Translations under genes and position numbers: made by a program | Shown here: positions 10,457 through 17,729 of the stretch, piece after piece | Layout: each line of letters starts with the position of its first letter | Numbering within the stretch: the stretch's first letter is position 1 | Origin: Aciduliprofundum boonei T469 | Lineage (GTDB): Archaea > Thermoplasmatota > Thermoplasmata > Thermoplasmatales > Aciduliprofundaceae | Direction of reading: 5' to 3' | Assembly: GCF_000025665.1 (NCBI RefSeq) | Contig: NC_013926.1 | Location: 420,001-452,000, forward strand | DNA length: 32,000 nucleotides | The notes under the pieces: generated by a model | The model's database searches: none | The model's input: only the letters and a program-made list of their open reading frames with translations | What the model was told of the DNA's origin: nothing

Positions 10457-12454
10457 TTGCTAATTGCCCTGGCTGGAAATCCAAACACAGGCAAAAGCAG
10501 CCTTTTTAACGCTATAACTGGTGCGCATCAACATATTGGTAACTGGCCAGGGGTAACTGTTGAGAAAAAGGAGGGTATAATAACCTTTGAGGGAAAGAAA
10601 ATAACGATAGTGGATTTACCCGGCACATACTCTTTAACGGCATACTCTCTCGAGGAGGTCATAACCAGAAATTTCATTTTGGAGGAGGAGCCAGATGTGG
10701 TTGTAGATGTAATTGATGCCACAAACTTAGAGAGAAACCTGTACCTTCTCACAGAATTGATGGAGCTCACAGATAGAATAGTCATAGCATTAAATATGTT
10801 TGATGAGGCAAAGAGAAAGTACAAACTCGATGTAAAGAAGATGAAGGAACTTTTGGGCATACCTGTTATTCCAACAGTTGCAATAAAGAATAAAGGAGTG
10901 AAAGAACTCCTGCACGCCTGCCTCCATGGAGATTTCACACCAAAGAAATTTTACTATCCCGAGGATGTGGAAAATAGAATCGAAAAACTTCAAGGAATAA
11001 TGGAAAAATTAGATTTAAAGAATAAAAGATGGCATGCTATAAAGCTTATTGAAAATGATAGTGAGGTACGCAAAAAATTTGCAAATTTAGGCAGAAAGGA
11101 TATTTTGCACGAGGCGGAGCATCTCAGGCACGAAATTGAAGACATATATGGGGATGATATAGAAACATTGATGGCCTCGTTCAGGTATTCTTTCGCCCAT
11201 GGCCTGTTCCACGAGGTGGCAGAGCCCTTGAATGTCGGTGGAGTTACAATAACTGATATGATTGACCATGTTGTGGCGCATAAAATATTCGGCTTGCCCA
11301 TATTCTTGGTCATTATGTACCTCTCATTCGAATTCGTATTCGTTGTTGCTGCACCTTTTCAAGATGCAATTGACCTGATTTTTAATGGGAAAACACTACC
11401 TTCTGGGCAGCACATAAACGGATTGATAGACATCTCATATCACTGGATGGCTTCTTTTATACCTGCCTGGGCTGCTTCTTTCATAAATTATGGTATGCTA
11501 AGAGGTTTAGCAGCTGTTCTTACATTTACCCCAATTATAATGTTTCTATTCCTCATTCTCTCAATACTTGAGGATTCTGGATACCTCGCTAGAGTCGCAT
11601 TCTTGATGGACAGGTTGATGCGCAAGATCGGTTTGGAGGGGAGGGGCGTAATATCCCTGATGCTTGGATTTGGATGCAATGTGCCGGCAGTTATGAGTAC
11701 TAGGGCTTTAAAGAATGAGAGAGAGAGAAAATTGAGCATAGCATTAAATCCACTAATTCCCTGCGGTGCTAGAATACAGGTGTTTGCATTCATAACAGCC
11801 ATATTTTTCAAACACAATAAAGCTCTTGTTATGTGGTCTCTTCTACTTCTTTCCATGGCAGTTGTAGCCGTCTTGGGTTACATTTACAGCAAAACGATTT
11901 TTAAAGGAAAGGCAGAGCCCTTTGTTATGGAATTGCCCCCGTACAGAGTACCATCTCTAAAAGGAATAATCATACATATGTGGGAAAAAAGTGAGGGGTT
12001 CTTACGCAAGGCAGGAACTATCATCGTAGGAGCCGCTGGAATAATCTGGCTTTTAGCTGCCTTGCCTTGGGGCGTTAAATTCGGCGGAGAGAATAGCTAT
12101 ATTGGGCAAATTGCCCATTTTCTTGCCCCAGTAGGCGCTCCATTTGGAATCACTCCAGAATCAATCATAGCCCTATTTTTTGGATTCTTCGCAAAGGAAG
12201 TTGTGATAGATGTATTCTATGTGCTATACGGCACAAAAGAGGCAATGCTTGCAGCCATGACTCCCTTGCAGGCATATTCATTGCTCCTATTCATCCTATT
12301 TTACACACCTTGCGTGGCCACATTGGCAACAATATACAATGAGACAAGGAGCATAAAATTCGTCATATTTGTAATTCTTGAGGGCTTTGCCTTAGCATTG
12401 CTCTTCTCCTTCCTCGCATATAATATAGGCTCATTTATGGGGGTGGGAGGTTGA
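10457..12454 (+). CDS. feoB: Ferrous iron transporter FeoB (GTPase plus permease)
   Basis: 665 aa. G-domain motifs GNPNTGKSSLFN, DLPGTYS and ALNMFD are followed by a polytopic membrane domain. The start is TTG, preceded by GAGGTGA. Confidence 0.93.
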   Translation: MLIALAGNPNTGKSSLFNAITGAHQHIGNWPGVTVEKKEGIITFEGKKITIVDLPGTYSLTAYSLEEVITRNFILEEEPDVVVDVIDATNLERNLYLLTELMELTDRIVIALNMFDEAKRKYKLDVKKMKELLGIPVIPTVAIKNKGVKELLHACLHGDFTPKKFYYPEDVENRIEKLQGIMEKLDLKNKRWHAIKLIENDSEVRKKFANLGRKDILHEAEHLRHEIEDIYGDDIETLMASFRYSFAHGLFHEVAEPLNVGGVTITDMIDHVVAHKIFGLPIFLVIMYLSFEFVFVVAAPFQDAIDLIFNGKTLPSGQHINGLIDISYHWMASFIPAWAASFINYGMLRGLAAVLTFTPIIMFLFLILSILEDSGYLARVAFLMDRLMRKIGLEGRGVISLMLGFGCNVPAVMSTRALKNERERKLSIALNPLIPCGARIQVFAFITAIFFKHNKALVMWSLLLLSMAVVAVLGYIYSKTIFKGKAEPFVMELPPYRVPSLKGIIIHMWEKSEGFLRKAGTIIVGAAGIIWLLAALPWGVKFGGENSYIGQIAHFLAPVGAPFGITPESIIALFFGFFAKEVVIDVFYVLYGTKEAMLAAMTPLQAYSLLLFILFYTPCVATLATIYNETRSIKFVIFVILEGFALALLFSFLAYNIGSFMGVGG

Positions 12455-12885
12455 AACTTCAAACAAAGGTGCTTCTCTCCGTTATTTACTCATCCATCCT
12501 CGCTTCCTTCTCACTTATTCTGGGCATACTTGAAATAGCTGGCTTTTTGGGTTTTCACACAAATTTTGCTCCTGCGGATATAATGGGTGGCTTTTCACTC
12601 ATAGTGGCTTCCACCCTTATTCTCTATGGTGCTAAAAACACTGCAAAGCTTCTATACGATGGGCTTTCATTTTACCTTGTGGGCCTCTCTCTCCTCATAG
12701 CCATTGGATTTTTAAATATAATAATAGCTCTTGCAGATTTACTTGATTATTACATCCTGTGCATTGGAGAGAACTGCCCCGGCTATGCAGCCTATGTTCG
12801 TCCAGAGATATACATTTTCTTCTTGGCCCTCCTTGGACTCTACCCATTCTTTGCTCGCTGGCATTTCAGGAGGAAAACTCCATGA
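12451..12885 (+). CDS. Small multi-pass membrane protein of unknown function, embedded in the feo operon
   Basis: 144 aa with about four hydrophobic segments. Its start overlaps the feoB stop by 4 nt, and its stop overlaps the next start (ATGA). I recognise no family. The start codon (TTG) is uncertain. Confidence 0.55.
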   Translation: MKLQTKVLLSVIYSSILASFSLILGILEIAGFLGFHTNFAPADIMGGFSLIVASTLILYGAKNTAKLLYDGLSFYLVGLSLLIAIGFLNIIIALADLLDYYILCIGENCPGYAAYVRPEIYIFFLALLGLYPFFARWHFRRKTP

Positions 12886-13133
12886 TTAAGGATGTTCTGC
12901 GTGGCATATACCAAGGAAAGAGCATAGCACAAATTGCAGAAGAGCTCAATATGGAGTACTCTGCACTCATGGGCATGATTGAGCATCTGATAAAAATGGG
13001 ATACATACTCGCCGCGGATAGAAAACCTCAGGAGCTTGGCCCTTGCAAAACATGCCCTCTTTACAAAGTATGCTCAAAGAACGGCCCGAAAATATACTAT
13101 TTAACAGAAAAAGGGAAGAGGGCAATAAAATAA
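12882..13133 (+). CDS. FeoC-like small winged-helix protein with a C-terminal Cys cluster
   Basis: I use the internal ATG at 12882 of ORF 12759..13133, preceded by AGGAGG. The 83-aa product reads MIKDVLRGIYQGKSIAQIAEELNMEYSALMGMIEHLIKMGYI (wHTH-like), then CKTCPLYKVC (C-x2-C-x5-C). Its position after feoB supports the call. Confidence 0.6.
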   Translation: MIKDVLRGIYQGKSIAQIAEELNMEYSALMGMIEHLIKMGYILAADRKPQELGPCKTCPLYKVCSKNGPKIYYLTEKGKRAIK

Positions 13134-13157
13134 ATTAATCAAATACCATTTACCTCC

Positions 13158-13661
13158 ATGCTTGTGGGAATAATAAGCGATACACATGATAATTTGGATT
13201 CTGCAAAAAAAGCGGCTGAGATTTTCAGGGAGAGAGATATAAAGATAATTTTTCATCTCGGTGATTTCATAGCCCCGTTCACCCTAAAAGCATTCGAGGG
13301 CTTTGAATTGTATGGAGTTTTTGGAAACAACGATGGGGAGAAGTTCTTAATAAAAAAAATTGCAGAAGAGTTTGGTTTTAAAATTGATTTTGCACCCTTT
13401 GAGGTCGAGCTTGAAGGCAAATCTTTTTTGCTCCTGCATGGATTTGGAAGTATAGAAAGAACTTTAAAAATTGTTAATTCTTTCGCCGCCTCTCAGAATT
13501 ACGATTTCGTCCTATATGGTCACACTCATAAAAGAGATTTAAGAAAAAAGGGGAAAACGATGATAATCAATCCTGGGGAGGCATGCGGATATTTAACTGG
13601 GAAAAGAAGTATTGCTATTCTGAACATAGAAAATAAAAGCGCAGAATTCGTTGAATTTTGA
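13158..13661 (+). CDS. MJ0936/YfcE-family metallophosphoesterase
   Basis: 167 aa carrying the calcineurin-like motifs ISDTHD, GDFIAP, GNNDGE, LLHG and GHTHK. Confidence 0.85.
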   Translation: MLVGIISDTHDNLDSAKKAAEIFRERDIKIIFHLGDFIAPFTLKAFEGFELYGVFGNNDGEKFLIKKIAEEFGFKIDFAPFEVELEGKSFLLLHGFGSIERTLKIVNSFAASQNYDFVLYGHTHKRDLRKKGKTMIINPGEACGYLTGKRSIAILNIENKSAEFVEF

Positions 13662-13679
13662 GATACTTTAGTACAAAAA

Positions 13680-13687
13680 ATTAAATA
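13680..13687 (+). promoter_or_regulatory. TATA box (attaaata) for KaiC-like cassette 1
   Basis: It is centred about 28 nt upstream of the ATG at 13712 and is preceded by an A-rich BRE-like stretch. Confidence 0.45.
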
Positions 13688-13711
13688 CATTTAAAGAAAT
13701 AGGGAAATACC

Positions 13712-13942
13712 ATGGAGATACTCTGTTTCCACAGCAGCGAGGAATATAGAAGCAAGATTTCGGAGCATTTGAAAGAGATGGGTTTTGAGTTTGAATGCTT
13801 TGAGCTGGAAGATTATAAAGGTATTTTATCCCTATGGAAAAAGTATTCTCCATCAATAATCTTAACTGAATTAACGGATAAAAATATAAAAATTCTTGAG
13901 GAGGATATTTTTCGTAGTGCCTATCATAAAACATTTGAATAG
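13712..13942 (+). CDS. Small protein resembling the first half of a receiver (CheY-like) domain, without the phospho-acceptor residues
   Basis: 76 aa. By eye, MEILCFHSSEEYRSKISEHLKEMGFEFECFELEDYKGILSLWKKYSPSIILTEL lines up with receiver beta1-alpha1-beta2-alpha2-beta3. The acidic DD pair is replaced by HS, and the phospho-Asp position is Glu or Thr. It is the first gene of a tightly packed operon. Confidence 0.45.
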   Translation: MEILCFHSSEEYRSKISEHLKEMGFEFECFELEDYKGILSLWKKYSPSIILTELTDKNIKILEEDIFRSAYHKTFE

Positions 13943-13949
13943 GGCACTT

Positions 13950-14558
13950 ATGACCAAGTATGCAAATAGAGATTTCATAATTCTGGATGAGTTAACAAAG
14001 AATTTCAGAAGGAGTTTTATGAGCATCCTTTTATCACATAAGGATAAGAAAAGCGTTGCAAAAATACTTTCAATACCGAGAATTGCAAAGAACTTGATAT
14101 ACGCTTACGATTTTGAATGGGGGAGAACTTTCATAGTGCCCACAAGCGCAAAGGATGAACTCTACAAAATTCTACCAAAGATCTCCGATTGGAATGTACA
14201 AATATTTATGGCAATAAGAGAGAGGGCTGGTGTGCCTAAAAATTTGAGCAATGCAAAAATTGTTTGGATAACGGATATCGTGGGCAAAGATAGAATTAAA
14301 CCCCACAATCTAACAATTTTAACGGATAGTATAATAAGATTTATTGAAGAGAATGAGCACACCTTCATCGTGGTGGATTGCATAGAATATCTCTTGCTCT
14401 ATAACGATTTTATAAATGTGCTCAGAAATATTGAGCTAATAAATAGCTATGTGATGGAGCATAATGCCATTTTAATTATCATAACTGATAATGAAGCTTA
14501 TACAACTAAAGAGTATTCTTTATTAAGGAGATATGCAATAGAATGGAAAGGAGTGTGA
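13950..14558 (+). CDS. DUF835-type protein (P-loop-less KaiC/RecA-like fold)
   Basis: I use the internal ATG at 13950 of ORF 13896..14558. The C-terminal half IVWITDIVGKDRIKPHNLTILTDSIIRFIEENEHTFIVVDCIEYLLLYNDFINVLRNIELINSYVMEHNAILIIITD matches the DUF835 pattern as I recall it (W-T-D, P..L, hhhhD-EYL, hhhhhD). There is no Walker A. Confidence 0.7.
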   Translation: MTKYANRDFIILDELTKNFRRSFMSILLSHKDKKSVAKILSIPRIAKNLIYAYDFEWGRTFIVPTSAKDELYKILPKISDWNVQIFMAIRERAGVPKNLSNAKIVWITDIVGKDRIKPHNLTILTDSIIRFIEENEHTFIVVDCIEYLLLYNDFINVLRNIELINSYVMEHNAILIIITDNEAYTTKEYSLLRRYAIEWKGV

Positions 14559-14562
14559 TAGG

Positions 14563-15879
14563 ATGATACCTCAAGAAGTCATCGGATTCTTCAAAAATAA
14601 AGGCGGGCACTCTTTAATCATAAAGGGTGAGCCGGGTAGTGGAAAAACCACATTTGCACTGGAGATTTTGAATTCTCTAAAGGACCATTTTGAAATCCAA
14701 TACCTATCTTCACGGGTTGCGGATGATGTCCTATTTCTCCAGTTCCCTTGGCTGGAAAATGTGTTAAAGAAGAAGATCAAAAAAAGCAATAGTAAAAAAA
14801 TAAAGCGTGAGGAACTCAACAAGCTGGAGGGACTTATAGAAGAAGGGTTGATGGAAGAGAAAGCAACATTCACGGAAAATGAGGCCATATTTGAAATAGG
14901 CTCTATGATGCCAGAAATTGATGAAATCTATGATTTTGTAGAAAATGTTCATCCTAAAAAGGCATTAGTGTGTGTGGATTCTATCGATGGACTTAGCGAA
15001 AAGTACGGTGTACCAGCTGAAAAATTGCTCTACACTCTCCAAAAAGACCTAGTGGAAGAGGGTGTTGCAAATATTGTATTTGTGCTTGAGAGCTCTGGAT
15101 TTGAGAATATAGAATACTTGGGAGACGGAGTAATAAGCTTGCACCACGAGCCTTGGAACTCCAGCTGGAAGAGATATATGTACATAAAAAAGCTCAGGGG
15201 CTCTCCAATAAAGAGATCAAAATACATTTACACTCTGGAAGGCGGGCATTTCAATGTCCTCAACTACAATAATTTCTCATTGGATAACATAAAAAGCATA
15301 GATTTATCAAATCTGATTTCATACTTGGAGAGCATCGACTCTTCATCTTTGAATTTAATAATCTCTCCAAATTTTCCTGTTGAGTTATTACAGGCCATTG
15401 TGCTATCATTCTTGAAAATGAGTAAGGAAGATTCTTTAATTATTCCTCCAATATCTTACCCAAGCACGAAGGTAAAAGAGCATTCTTCAAAATTCTTAGA
15501 TAAGGATGTGAAAACTGCAGGATTTAACAAAGAGAAGGCGGACATAATCCTTGAAGGAAGTGATATGCTTATTGAATTATCTCCAGATATCGTTAATTAT
15601 CATATAAAAGAGGGCGCAAATGTAATAATAAGCTTAGACACCCTCTTAGGCCTCTACGGAGATTTAAGAGACCTGCCAAGATTAATTGAGAGGATGAAGA
15701 GAAGTCACAGGGTAATACTTCTTAGCTGGAATAACGAAATAAATGCTGGCATAGAGAGAACAATAAATATGGTTATGATGGAAAATATACCTGTTATAAA
15801 TGATTCTAAGAGCGCAAAAGCGATAATTCCTAAAATGAGCAACGATGGTATATCGCTAGAGCTTATACCCCTAATGTAA
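14563..15879 (+). CDS. KaiC/GvpD-like RecA-superfamily P-loop ATPase with a second, degenerate C-terminal domain
   Basis: 438 aa with Walker A GEPGSGKT (14626-14649), Walker B LVCVDSIDGL, and a KaiC-type KKLRGS motif. It has a Lys-rich insert, KKKIKKSNSKKIKREELNK. The C-terminal ~190 aa have no P-loop. AAGGAGTG lies upstream of the ATG. Confidence 0.8.
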   Translation: MIPQEVIGFFKNKGGHSLIIKGEPGSGKTTFALEILNSLKDHFEIQYLSSRVADDVLFLQFPWLENVLKKKIKKSNSKKIKREELNKLEGLIEEGLMEEKATFTENEAIFEIGSMMPEIDEIYDFVENVHPKKALVCVDSIDGLSEKYGVPAEKLLYTLQKDLVEEGVANIVFVLESSGFENIEYLGDGVISLHHEPWNSSWKRYMYIKKLRGSPIKRSKYIYTLEGGHFNVLNYNNFSLDNIKSIDLSNLISYLESIDSSSLNLIISPNFPVELLQAIVLSFLKMSKEDSLIIPPISYPSTKVKEHSSKFLDKDVKTAGFNKEKADIILEGSDMLIELSPDIVNYHIKEGANVIISLDTLLGLYGDLRDLPRLIERMKRSHRVILLSWNNEINAGIERTINMVMMENIPVINDSKSAKAIIPKMSNDGISLELIPLM

Positions 15880-15882
15880 GGG

Positions 15883-16224
15883 GTGATTAAAATCGTAGAT
15901 GAATCCTATGCCTGGGATGTCCTTCATCATCTTTCGGATCCATATTCTGTTAGGATTTTGAGGGCCACATTACACAGACCATTAGATGCCATTACATTGA
16001 GCAATACCCTTGGAATTCCAATAGCCGTGTGTTATAGAAGATTGAGAGAGTTGGAAAGGTTAGGATTGATTGAAGCAGTAGGAAGAAAATTAACACAAAA
16101 GGGTAAGTGGATTACCCTTTACAAAGCTCGAATTAAGAATGCCACTGTGGTAATGAAAGAGGGTAAATTGTATTTGCGCATCTCTTTCCGGTGGGGCCAG
16201 GAGGAAGAGCTAGAGGTTGAATAA
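15883..16224 (+). CDS. Winged helix-turn-helix DNA-binding protein (ArsR/TrmB-like), paralog of 16825..17163
   Basis: 113 aa, GTG start 3 nt after the previous stop. The recognition-helix region LSNTLGIPIAVCYRRLRELERLGLIEA parallels LSQELEVPIAACYRRLHMLEKAGLIDA in the paralog. Confidence 0.7.
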   Translation: MIKIVDESYAWDVLHHLSDPYSVRILRATLHRPLDAITLSNTLGIPIAVCYRRLRELERLGLIEAVGRKLTQKGKWITLYKARIKNATVVMKEGKLYLRISFRWGQEEELEVE

Positions 16225-16697
16225 ACCTTTCTGCTAACTATGTAAAGTACGGCCATAGTTGCTAGGAAAATTATTGTGCCCAATATAGCTGCATTCATAC
16301 CGAATATTGTGGTGCGATATGCATACCACTGAGAGCTGATAGGATAGAATATCGCCAAATTATCTCCCTCCAAGATTGCATCAGAATATATGTGAGTCAT
16401 ATTTATCCCGAATATTGTGAGAAGAAGAGGCATAAACCTCTTTCTTGAATCGTAAATGTAATCAATAAGTATTAATGCGAGAGGGAGCTGCCAGAAGAAG
16501 ATAAGATTATGCGTTATGTCCTTATTTACCAGGTGAGCACCATCCGTAATAGCCTCCATTATTATGGCAAGAATAAGAGCACTAACAAACTTACCCCTCC
16601 TCTTTGGAAGAAGCAGAATGCCAGCTAAGAATCCTAAAAGAATATGCCACATGATATTTCCGACGGATGTTTCCAAGAGGAACCATGATACATTCAT
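16119..16697 (-). CDS. Membrane-bound metal-dependent hydrolase-like protein (YdjM/DUF457-like)
   Basis: 192 aa, polytopic. The His/Asp pattern (MWHILLG, TDGAHL, ITHNLIF, THIYSD) resembles DUF457. The last 35 codons lie antisense to the wHTH gene and look like low-complexity read-through. Confidence 0.55.
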   Translation of the reverse strand: MNVSWFLLETSVGNIMWHILLGFLAGILLLPKRRGKFVSALILAIIMEAITDGAHLVNKDITHNLIFFWQLPLALILIDYIYDSRKRFMPLLLTIFGINMTHIYSDAILEGDNLAIFYPISSQWYAYRTTIFGMNAAILGTIIFLATMAVLYIVSRKVYSTSSSSSWPHRKEMRKYNLPSFITTVAFLIRAL

Positions 16698-16757
16698 ATT
16701 TGTCCTTTTGCTATTTTTATTTAAATACTGTATGATGTTAAAATCTCGGGAGATTTT

Positions 16758-16787
16758 TGTGATTGATTTTCATTTGAGATAATCACA
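16758..16787. promoter_or_regulatory. Inverted repeat TGTGATT-N16-AATCACA, a candidate operator
   Basis: The arms are perfect 7-bp repeats at 16758-16764 and 16781-16787, immediately upstream of the TATA-like box of the wHTH gene at 16825. They sit in the divergent intergenic region shared with the membrane hydrolase gene. Confidence 0.3.
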
Positions 16788-16795
16788 CTGCAAAA

Positions 16796-16803
16796 TATAT
16801 AAA
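16796..16803 (+). promoter_or_regulatory. TATA box (tatataaa) for KaiC-like cassette 2
   Basis: It is centred about 26 nt upstream of the ATG at 16825, so the transcript is probably leaderless. Confidence 0.5.
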
Positions 16804-16824
16804 AATAGGATCGATGGCTTAACT

Positions 16825-17163
16825 ATGGAAAATGCATCGCTAGACAAAATTGTAAGGATTTTAACAGACAATTACGCCATAAAAATTCTGGCTGCTACAA
16901 ATAAGGAGGAGAAGAGTGCTATCCAGCTTAGCCAAGAGCTTGAAGTGCCTATCGCTGCATGCTATCGCCGCTTGCACATGCTAGAGAAAGCAGGACTAAT
17001 TGATGCATACGAGAAAATCACGCCCAAGGGTAAAAAGATGAGGTACTATATGTCAAAGATTAAGAGAGCACATATAAAAATTGAAGACAACACCCTCATA
17101 GTTGAACTATTATTCTCAAATGGAAATAAAAAGAAATACAATGGAAAGATAGTGGCTGGATAA
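16825..17163 (+). CDS. Winged helix-turn-helix DNA-binding protein (ArsR/TrmB-like), paralog of 15883..16224
   Basis: 112 aa. ILTDNYAIKILAAT...SAIQLSQELEVPIAACYRRLHMLEKAGLIDAYEKITPKGKKMRYY gives an HTH plus wing. A TATA-like box is centred about 26 nt upstream of the ATG. Confidence 0.75.
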   Translation: MENASLDKIVRILTDNYAIKILAATNKEEKSAIQLSQELEVPIAACYRRLHMLEKAGLIDAYEKITPKGKKMRYYMSKIKRAHIKIEDNTLIVELLFSNGNKKKYNGKIVAG

Positions 17164-17165
17164 AA

Positions 17166-17729
17166 ATGAATGTGAAAGAAACTTTGATATCTGAAAATCT
17201 CGCCAATTCGATTTCTAAGAACGATATTATTGTTATCAATGTGAAACCAACACATCAAACAAAAAATAATTTAATTGTTTTAAAAGCTCTTGCAGATATA
17301 AACAAATGGAGGGGACTAATAATTACCCTCGAAAAACCACACCATTATCTCACTTACCTCCTAGGAATCCAAGGAATACCTCAGAGAAATTTAACTTATA
17401 TTGATTTAGCGTATGCAAAAAAGAAGAAAATTAAGTTCCCTATAGAGATTATGAAGAACAAAGAACTGGTTGGAGGTTTCATAGATGGCAATAAAATATC
17501 TGCAGAGAACTTTGATTTTATCATGGTTGATAATATCTCAACTGCAAAAATGTACATGCGCAAAGAGAGTTTGATCGATTTCATTCATTATCTTATTGAT
17601 GAATCAAAGAAGTACAAAATTACATTGATACTGCCCATAGATGTTTCAAGAGAAAAGGATGTTTTTGAAGAAATTAAAGATGAGGTAAAGAAGATAGATT
17701 TTGAGGAGGTGTTGAAAAATGCCTATTAG
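17166..17729 (+). CDS. KaiC-fold protein with a destroyed Walker A (inactive ATPase-like subunit)
   Basis: 187 aa. DIIVINVKPTHQTKNNLIVLKALADINKWRGLIITLEKPHHYL aligns by eye with KaiC-domain xxVLISGxxGSGKTxxxxQFxxxGxxxGExxxYISxEE, but KPTHQTKN replaces GxxGxGKT. It keeps a Walker-B-like FIMVDNIS and the later strand KITLILPID. Confidence 0.6.
   Translation: MNVKETLISENLANSISKNDIIVINVKPTHQTKNNLIVLKALADINKWRGLIITLEKPHHYLTYLLGIQGIPQRNLTYIDLAYAKKKKIKFPIEIMKNKELVGGFIDGNKISAENFDFIMVDNISTAKMYMRKESLIDFIHYLIDESKKYKITLILPIDVSREKDVFEEIKDEVKKIDFEEVLKNAY

Noticed and set aside
12759-12881. Upstream extensions of three ORFs: 12759-12881 (FeoC-like), 13896-13949 (DUF835-type) and 1346-1405 (aminotransferase)
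   Set aside because: These extensions overlap the preceding gene or promoter in another frame and give implausible peptides. Internal ATGs with SD or TATA spacing give canonical N-termini.
14779-14800. Two A7 homopolymer runs (14779-14785, 14794-14800) as possible slipped-strand phase-variation sites in the 438-aa ATPase
   Set aside because: They simply encode the Lys-rich insert in an AT-rich gene. A 7-nt run is short, and nothing indicates a frameshifted alternative product.
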